Positions 57,952-64,000 of a stretch of DNA of 64,000 bases are shown piece after piece (the stretch's first letter is position 1; each line of letters opens with the position of its first letter). The position numbers and the translations under genes are program-made. The DNA is taken from the NCBI GenBank assembly GCA_944322755.1, contig CALUPY010000002.1:95790-159789 (forward strand), written 5' to 3'. Source of the stretch: Candidatus Gastranaerophilales bacterium (lineage in GTDB: Bacteria; Cyanobacteriota; Vampirovibrionia; Gastranaerophilales; Gastranaerophilaceae). Under the pieces are notes generated by a model that made no database searches, had not been told where the DNA came from, and saw only the letters and a program-made list of their open reading frames with translations.

Positions 57952-58800
57952 ATGAATTACTTTTTACGAGCAAAACAATTCAGAACAAAAAAGCGCCTCG
58001 GACAAAACTTTCTCATAGATGAAAGTGTAATTAACCGCATTATGGAGGAAGTGTCGCCGGATGATATAGTAATTGAAATTGGCGCAGGCGCAGGCTTTGT
58101 AACAGAGCAGCTGGTTTCAAAGGCGAAAAAAGTTTATGCGGTTGAAATTGATGAGGAGGCTGTTTCTGTTTTAAAGAAAATTAATGCCCAAAATCTAAGC
58201 ATTATACATCAGGATATTTTAAAAACAAATTTGAAACAACTTGAAGACACGACTTTTAAAGTCGTTGCGAATATTCCTTACTACATAACGAGCCCCATCC
58301 TTGTTCATCTGCTTGGTGAAATTGATGATTTGGACAATGAAAACAGGAACAGAATTTCTGAAATAATTCTGATGGTTCAGTACGAAGTTGCGCAAAGACT
58401 TGTTGCAAATGAAAAATCACAGGCAAAACAGTACGGGCTTTTGTCTATTTTGACACAGTTTTATGCAGATACGGAGATTATAAAAAAAGTTCCTGCACGT
58501 TCTTTTTATCCTGCGCCAAAAGTTGATTCTGCTCTTGTAAAACTCAAAGTAAGAAAAGAACCGCTGGTTAAGCTGGATGATTATTCATTTTTTAAAAAAG
58601 TTATAAAAGCCTGTTTTGCTACGCGGAGAAAGAATCTAAAAAATTCGCTCCTGAACGGAGGTTTTTCAAAAGATATGATATCAACAGCGTTGTCAAATTT
58701 GAATATCCCTGAAAATACACGCGGTGAAACACTTTCTATACAAGAATTAGCACGACTGTCAGAGGAATTAAAAAAGAATTATGAAAACAATCAGAGTTAA
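57952..58800 (+). CDS. rsmA: 16S rRNA (adenine1518/1519-N6)-dimethyltransferase
   Basis: KKRLGQNFLIDESV, EIGAGAGFVT and ANIPYYITSPIL motifs. ATG 57952 is preferred over track start 57847. Confidence 0.9.
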   Translation: MNYFLRAKQFRTKKRLGQNFLIDESVINRIMEEVSPDDIVIEIGAGAGFVTEQLVSKAKKVYAVEIDEEAVSVLKKINAQNLSIIHQDILKTNLKQLEDTTFKVVANIPYYITSPILVHLLGEIDDLDNENRNRISEIILMVQYEVAQRLVANEKSQAKQYGLLSILTQFYADTEIIKKVPARSFYPAPKVDSALVKLKVRKEPLVKLDDYSFFKKVIKACFATRRKNLKNSLLNGGFSKDMISTALSNLNIPENTRGETLSIQELARLSEELKKNYENNQS

Positions 58801-59629
58801 GACACCCGCAAAAATAAACCTTACTCTTGAAGTCCTCAATAAAAGGAATGACGGATTTCACAATATAAAAAGCATAATGCAGGCAATAAATCTGTATGAC
58901 TATCTTAATGTATCAGCTGAAGATGCTGTCGAAAATGAAATAAAGCTGACAGGTACATCTGACAGTATACCGTACAACGAAAAAAATCTTGTCTGGAAAG
59001 CTGCTGAAAAATATTTTGCAAAAACAGGCCTAAAAAACAAGAAAATAACAGTTCATATTGAAAAAAATATTCCGGTTGAAGCCGGGCTTGCCGGCGGCAG
59101 CACGAATGCGGCAGGCATGTTTTTTGCCCTGAATGAAATTTTTGATACACATCTTTCTGAGTCTGAAATGAATGAACTGTGTGCGTCTTTGGGCTCTGAT
59201 TTGAATTTTTGCCTGACGGGGGGAACTGCGCTATGTACCGGACGCGGGGAGCATATTGAACCTCTTCCTGCTCCTGAACTTGATGTGTCATTGATAAAAC
59301 CGCTCGGGTTTGGAATATCAGCAAAAGAAGCTTATACAAAATTCAGTCATCTTGAAGACAAGTCAGTGCCTGGAAATACAGACAAAATGGCAGCTCTTTT
59401 GAAATCAGGAAAATTTGATAAGACACTTTTGTACAATTCTCTTGAGGCTGCTGTAATAAATGACTTTCCTGAGCTTTTAAAAATAAAATCGGAAATCACG
59501 GGTTCAATGATGTCAGGTTCAGGGCCTGCGTTTTTTACTCTTGAAAAAGCAGCCAAAATCTCTGAATCACAAAACTTTCTGGTTATTAACGGGCTTCATA
59601 CAGTGACAGACGGCGTAAAAGTTTGTTAA
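58781..59629 (+). CDS. ispE: 4-diphosphocytidyl-2-C-methyl-D-erythritol kinase
   Basis: PAKINLTLEV and KNIPVEAGLAGGSTNAA GHMP-kinase motif. This is the conserved rsmA-ispE arrangement. Confidence 0.9.
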   Translation: MKTIRVKTPAKINLTLEVLNKRNDGFHNIKSIMQAINLYDYLNVSAEDAVENEIKLTGTSDSIPYNEKNLVWKAAEKYFAKTGLKNKKITVHIEKNIPVEAGLAGGSTNAAGMFFALNEIFDTHLSESEMNELCASLGSDLNFCLTGGTALCTGRGEHIEPLPAPELDVSLIKPLGFGISAKEAYTKFSHLEDKSVPGNTDKMAALLKSGKFDKTLLYNSLEAAVINDFPELLKIKSEITGSMMSGSGPAFFTLEKAAKISESQNFLVINGLHTVTDGVKVC

Positions 59630-59729
59630 ATTATACTGTAACTCTCCTTTTCGGTGTTGATATTTGTGAATGTTGTTCAGTTAAATTTTTGCGGTTTAGC
59701 TTAATGCATAGTAGCCAAGTGAAAATTAA

Positions 59730-61121
59730 TCAGGCGGCCTTTCTTTGCTCTCTGAACAATATTCTTGCTTTTCTGACAATACCTCCAAGACTTGAAAAAT
59801 ATCCTGCGGCAACAATTATTGCTGCTGTCACCCAAGCAATCGGACCGGCATAAAATATTCCCATATATCCAAACTTTACAGCAAGATAAACAGCAGCAAA
59901 GGATCTGACAATAAGCTCTGCAAGACTTGCGCTCAGAGGAATTATCACTTGTCCCATTCCTTGCAATGCATTTCTGAATATAAAAATTTGTCCAAGGAAA
60001 AAGTAGAAAAGTGAACTTAAAAAAAGGTATTCATGGGCAATTTCTATTATATGATGTTTTGAGTCTCCGAGAAAAATTTTAACAATCTCTGCGCCCTGAT
60101 AATGCATAATAAATGCCATTATAATGCTGAGACAAATACAAATAAGGGAGCACTTGTTCACACCCAAACGTATTCTTGCGAAATTATTTGCACCATAATT
60201 TTGTGCTGTATATGCTGCTAGTGCAACACCAAATGATATCATCGGCATTGTCGCTATCTGCTCTATTCGCAAAGCTGCGGTAAATGCTGCAATTACATCA
60301 GGCCCAAATGTATTGCATACGCTTTGTATGATAAGTATGCCAAATCCTAAAATAGAAAACTGTATTGCCATTGGAATACCGACTTTTAAATGGTCGAATG
60401 CAAATGAAAGTTCTTTATCTCTATTATTTTTTAAATCAAATGTCCAGTCAGATTTTTTTAAATGTAAAATTGGAAAACGTTTTTTTACATAAAAAAGGCA
60501 TAGAATAACAGAAACAGCCTGTGAAAAAATGACAGCAACAGCAGATCCGGGTACTCCCCAGTGAAATACAAGAATAAACAGCAGAGCCAGAAAAACATTC
60601 AATATAGAAGCAAAAATTAAGAAGTATAGAGGTGTTTTACTGTCGCCCAGTGCTCTGACTATATTAGCCAGCAGATTATAAAAATTGCAAATCCAAAGTC
60701 CACCGATTACTATTTGAATATACCAGAATGCATCTTTATATATTTCTTGCGGAACATTCATAATATAAAGAATTTTGTTCATAAATACAGCAAGAATTAC
60801 TGAAAAAAACAATGTAAAAACTGAACTTAGAATTGTTGATACCGTGACTGACTTACGAACACCTGAGAAATCTTTTGCTCCAAAACGCTGACCTGTGATA
60901 ACAGCAAAACCATTTGTCAGTCCGACGACAACAAACATAATAAAGAAAAATATTGGAGATATAGCTCCCACAGCGGCAAGGGCATTTATTCCAAGAGTCC
61001 TGCCTACTATAACTATGTCGGCTATATTATACAACTGTTGGAAAATATTTCCGATAAGAAGGGGAACAGAGAACCAAAATATCAGGCTCAAGGGGTTACC
61101 CTTTGTCATATCATTAATCAT
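59730..61121 (-). CDS. MATE-family efflux transporter
   Basis: N-terminus MINDMTKGNPLSLIFWFSVPLLIGNIFQQLYN with 12 TM segments. ATG 61121 with GAGGA SD is preferred over TTG 61133. Confidence 0.85.
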   Translation of the reverse strand: MINDMTKGNPLSLIFWFSVPLLIGNIFQQLYNIADIVIVGRTLGINALAAVGAISPIFFFIMFVVVGLTNGFAVITGQRFGAKDFSGVRKSVTVSTILSSVFTLFFSVILAVFMNKILYIMNVPQEIYKDAFWYIQIVIGGLWICNFYNLLANIVRALGDSKTPLYFLIFASILNVFLALLFILVFHWGVPGSAVAVIFSQAVSVILCLFYVKKRFPILHLKKSDWTFDLKNNRDKELSFAFDHLKVGIPMAIQFSILGFGILIIQSVCNTFGPDVIAAFTAALRIEQIATMPMISFGVALAAYTAQNYGANNFARIRLGVNKCSLICICLSIIMAFIMHYQGAEIVKIFLGDSKHHIIEIAHEYLFLSSLFYFFLGQIFIFRNALQGMGQVIIPLSASLAELIVRSFAAVYLAVKFGYMGIFYAGPIAWVTAAIIVAAGYFSSLGGIVRKARILFREQRKAA

Positions 61122-61221
61122 TGTTATCCTCAAATTTTTCCGTATATTTTACATGATTATATAAAAATAATTTTATTCAAACCCACTGACGAGATGATTG
61201 CTGATAATCTATTAAAGTTTG

Positions 61222-62451
61222 CTACACGCGAAAAGCTTTGAAGGTCGGATTTAGCTGCTGATGGGATGGATAGTGCTGATTTTTTTGTTCTTTTGTAAAA
61301 CGGTATTTTGTAAATAAATTAGAAATTCCTGCAACAAAAAATCCCATAAATCCAATGCTAAAAAGGTATGGAACACCTGATATCAGAGTCTTTTGTTTTG
61401 CCAGCTTTTTGAATTCTGTTTCTGCTTTTGAGCCATTTCGTTGTGCGTAGCTTTTTGCGAGTTTTTCCAGTTCTTCAAATGACGGTACTTCCAGATTTTT
61501 TCCGATTGTTTCTTTACATTTTTCCATTTTTACAAGAAGTTTTTTGAATCCTTTTTCAAAGAGTTCGCTACCTGTAATTATGTAAAATCCGACAACGGGA
61601 AATCTAAATAAAGTTTCCAGAAAATTTTGTTTTCCACGGTCTTTTGAAGCACCAAAATATCCTGCTCCGCCAATGAGTACACAGGAGGTAAGCTGCCCTT
61701 TGCTGAGAACAAGTTTCCCGTCCTGTTGTGCAAAATCAATACTAAAGTATTTGTTGAAAAAGTTTTTGGCTTTTTGATTATTTTTAAATAATTTTGTTCC
61801 GGGAGCCAGTATAAGTTCGCTCAGGTTTTGCAATGTTTTTGAGTCAGCACCTTTTTTTGCAATTAGTGTACCGAGTCCCAAACATCCTGCAAACACAGAC
61901 GCAGCCCGAAGAATGTTCTTTTTCGCACTCTTTTCAACTTTGTTCTGGAGCGTTTTGTCCTCTTTTTTATTTTCCAGAGCTGCTATATTATTGAAGTCTG
62001 CTTTGTTAAATGCTTTTATTGTGAAAATATTTTTGAAATAGTTAAGGGTAAATTCTGTGAGCGGGATAAGCATTGCACTCAGTGCAATGCCTGCTTTTAC
62101 CGGTAGAATTTTTTTGTTCAGCGGATTTTTTGTTTCAAGAAGTTTTGCGGCAGGAGTAGGAATGAGCTTTTTGGCAGTGTTTTCAAGTTTCTTGGAAAAA
62201 ATCTTTCTTGAAATTTTCTCTCCGATTAGAGCCGGAGCGAAATATACAAGTCCGCTTTCAGACAGTTCAAGAAATGCATTTTCTGCCAAATCAGCAGCAC
62301 TTCTGGAAAAAACAGCTTTGGGCAGCAGACATGTTCCTGTGTCCTGAATAAATCTGGATGTTGACAGTCCTGAAGCTTGCTCCTGATAATTTATAAACTT
62401 TGCGGCTGATTTTAACGGCTGGGCTAATGTATTTATTAATGTGATGTGCAT
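61222..62451 (-). CDS. hypothetical membrane protein (about 5-6 hydrophobic segments, Lys-rich loops, no Trp)
   Basis: The start is placed at ATG 62451 (MHITLINTL...) because AAGAAGG lies 8 nt upstream. The track start 62487 lies inside a terminator hairpin. Confidence 0.55.
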   Translation of the reverse strand: MHITLINTLAQPLKSAAKFINYQEQASGLSTSRFIQDTGTCLLPKAVFSRSAADLAENAFLELSESGLVYFAPALIGEKISRKIFSKKLENTAKKLIPTPAAKLLETKNPLNKKILPVKAGIALSAMLIPLTEFTLNYFKNIFTIKAFNKADFNNIAALENKKEDKTLQNKVEKSAKKNILRAASVFAGCLGLGTLIAKKGADSKTLQNLSELILAPGTKLFKNNQKAKNFFNKYFSIDFAQQDGKLVLSKGQLTSCVLIGGAGYFGASKDRGKQNFLETLFRFPVVGFYIITGSELFEKGFKKLLVKMEKCKETIGKNLEVPSFEELEKLAKSYAQRNGSKAETEFKKLAKQKTLISGVPYLFSIGFMGFFVAGISNLFTKYRFTKEQKNQHYPSHQQLNPTFKAFRV

Positions 62452-62472
62452 ATCTGTTACCTTCTTTAAACT

Positions 62473-62504
62473 AAAAAACCTGTACATATTAAATCAGTAC
62501 AGGT
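62473..62504 (-). terminator. intrinsic terminator forming the 3:4 element of an attenuator
   Basis: The minus strand reads ACCTGTAC-TGATTTAATAT-GTACAGGT followed by a T run (TTTTTT counting the last stem base). Confidence 0.7.
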
Positions 62505-62542
62505 CTTTCATAAAAATTATATGCGTTATACACCTGTACTCT

Positions 62543-62593
62543 CTACAGGCGCCACCAATTTCTATTTAAGTTTAAAGAATTTCTATTTGTCAT
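62543..62593 (-). CDS. candidate 16-codon leader peptide MTNRNSLNLNRNWWRL
   Basis: ATG at 62593..62591, tandem TGG TGG at 62557..62552 and stop TAG at 62545..62543 inside stem segment 1. There is no SD; the ATG sits 6 nt after a -10 hexamer (leaderless geometry). Confidence 0.45.
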   Translation of the reverse strand: MTNRNSLNLNRNWWRL

Positions 62594-62599
62594 ACCAGC

Positions 62600-62628
62600 A
62601 TAGTAACAATAAAATATTACTGCGTCAA
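62600..62628 (-). promoter_or_regulatory. promoter of the attenuator leader
   Basis: The minus strand reads TTGACG (62628..62623), 17 nt spacer, TACTAT (62605..62600). Confidence 0.5.
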
Positions 62629-62658
62629 TAGTCCCGATTTACAATATGTTACAGCTTT

Positions 62659-63846
62659 TCACTTTACTTCACAGTATTTTGCAATAAATTCCGCAACATT
62701 CATGACGACAGGTTTGCGCGCATTAAGTTCAATAAGCCCCTGATTAAGTCCGAGTTTGCAGGCAGGGCAGTTGGTTAAAACAAACCCGGCTCCAGTCTGA
62801 AGTATGTCTTTCGCTTTGCGTTTTGATATTTCTCTTGAAATATTTTGGTGTGTAAGAGCAAATTTGCCGGAAAAACCGCAGCATTTATCAAAATTCTCAG
62901 CCTCAATATATTCTGCATTTTCAATATTTTTTAAAAGTGTAATAAAATCAAAATCATCATGGCAGGGTTTATGTGCTGTTATTTTTATCTTCTCTTTGAC
63001 GACGGATATTTTTTTATCTTTTATTAAATCAAGTATACTGACTACCTTAGATGTAATATCAGATGGCACATACTTTTCATAAGACTTTAGAACATAACTG
63101 CAAGACGCACAGTCTGTTAAGATGTAATCACAATCTTGAGGTATTAAAGAAAGATTATGTTTTGCGATTTTTAAAAATTCTTTTTCCAGACCTGAGCTTA
63201 GAAGGCTTATCCCGCAGCATTCAAACGGTTTTTCAATTACTTCAATATCTGTATTTTCTAAAATTTTTTTTACTGCATTAGCTGAATCATTGTTTATGTA
63301 GTTATTGAAACACCCTTTAAAAAACACGGCTTTTTTCGTTTTTTGTGAATGTGCTGCTGTCTTTTTTGTATGGTTCGGAAGGAGCTTTTTGGCAAGGGTG
63401 TTAAATAACAATATTCGTTTGAGTAAAAAATTATTTATGCCATAGAAGAGCTTATTAGTTATTATGTCCAGTTTTAAGCTGCGATATACAATTAATGCTG
63501 CTCCTGCAGTAATCAACAGCATTTTAAAAAAACTGTATGAATTGGTAAATGGAATGTGTTTGTATCTGTAATATTGCGCTTTTACTGCAGTAAATATTTC
63601 GCGTGCATCGATATTACTCGGACAGAACTCCTTGCAGGCATTACATCCGAGACACAAATCCATATACTCCAGAATTTTTTTGTTGAGTGTCAAATCTCCT
63701 TTTAGTATTCCATTTAGCATATTGAATTTTGTTCTGGAGACAGAACACTCATTTAGTGTAACTTTATAAACAGGGCAGACCGTCTGGCAGAGTCCGCAGC
63801 GTGAACATTTGTATATTTCTTCTTGAAAATCATTCAAATTCTTCAT
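62659..63846 (-). CDS. (Fe-S)-binding oxidoreductase subunit with two 4Fe-4S motifs and two CCG domains (GlcF/HdrD-like)
   Basis: CSRCGLCQTVCP and CLGCNACKEFCP ferredoxin motifs, then two CCG-containing Cys-rich domains (FECCG, DKCCGFSG). Confidence 0.75.
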   Translation of the reverse strand: MKNLNDFQEEIYKCSRCGLCQTVCPVYKVTLNECSVSRTKFNMLNGILKGDLTLNKKILEYMDLCLGCNACKEFCPSNIDAREIFTAVKAQYYRYKHIPFTNSYSFFKMLLITAGAALIVYRSLKLDIITNKLFYGINNFLLKRILLFNTLAKKLLPNHTKKTAAHSQKTKKAVFFKGCFNNYINNDSANAVKKILENTDIEVIEKPFECCGISLLSSGLEKEFLKIAKHNLSLIPQDCDYILTDCASCSYVLKSYEKYVPSDITSKVVSILDLIKDKKISVVKEKIKITAHKPCHDDFDFITLLKNIENAEYIEAENFDKCCGFSGKFALTHQNISREISKRKAKDILQTGAGFVLTNCPACKLGLNQGLIELNARKPVVMNVAEFIAKYCEVK

Positions 63847-63940
63847 TACAAATAATATTATATAAATAAAATAAATTTAGTGGTAAAATTGAAGAAAAAT
63901 AAGTTGCATCACTTAAAAAGTATGAATAAAGGATAGGGAA

Positions 63941-64000
63941 ATGAAGGCAGCCTTTGCAGAAAATCAACAGATAGTTATAAAAGATATTGAAAAACCGGTG
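63941..64000 (+). CDS. 5' end of an ORF running off the right edge (possibly MDR-type dehydrogenase)
   Basis: MKAAFAENQQIVIKDIEKPV resembles the N-terminus of zinc-type alcohol dehydrogenases. Only 20 codons are visible. Confidence 0.3.
   Translation, partial: MKAAFAENQQIVIKDIEKPV

Noticed and set aside
1-64000. CRISPR arrays, transposases, integrases, prophage genes, rRNA genes
   Set aside because: None was seen on reading both strands. The only RNA gene I can support is tRNA-Lys.

Overview
AT-rich bacterial chromosomal window (lineage not identifiable from sequence alone). Reverse rubrerythrin, an activase-type ATPase and HD-GYP/PilZ genes suggest an anaerobe; that is inference. It is mostly core genome: I found no transposase, integrase, phage gene or CRISPR array. 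The landmark is an S10/spc-type ribosomal protein cluster (rpsJ to rplR, 17029..26217, + strand). It is atypical in four ways. It is punctuated by long GC-rich structured spacers, it carries a non-ribosomal ORF between rplF and rplR, and it stops with a terminator right after rplR. It is also not preceded by tuf/fusA. Other recognisable genes are a partial SulP permease, acpS, a MarR+DHA2 MFS pair and polA in an overlapping chain with a secreted protein, a histidine kinase and a response regulator. There are also a Spy/CpxP-like gene divergent from a NarL-type two-component system, a TPM/NTase-like/LemA operon and rqcH. Further genes include a divergent alpha-glucan phosphorylase homolog, GAF-HD-GYP/TPR/response-regulator, tRNA-Lys(UUU), an SNF2 helicase, reverse rubrerythrin and an orphan peptide-type SBP. 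The window ends with M16/M16/PilZ, rsmA-ispE, a MATE pump and a GlcF-like Fe-S protein. The best hunt result is a textbook-looking leader-peptide transcription attenuator with tandem Trp codons (minus strand, 62628..62452) in front of an uncharacterised membrane protein. Next come the structured intercistronic RNAs and extra ORF in the ribosomal operon. After those comes a lineage-specific cluster at 42133..46618 (activase-like ATPase with a small Cys-rich partner, a pseudo-AAA+ protein and a coiled-coil protein). All functional calls rest on motif recognition by eye; no searches were run.
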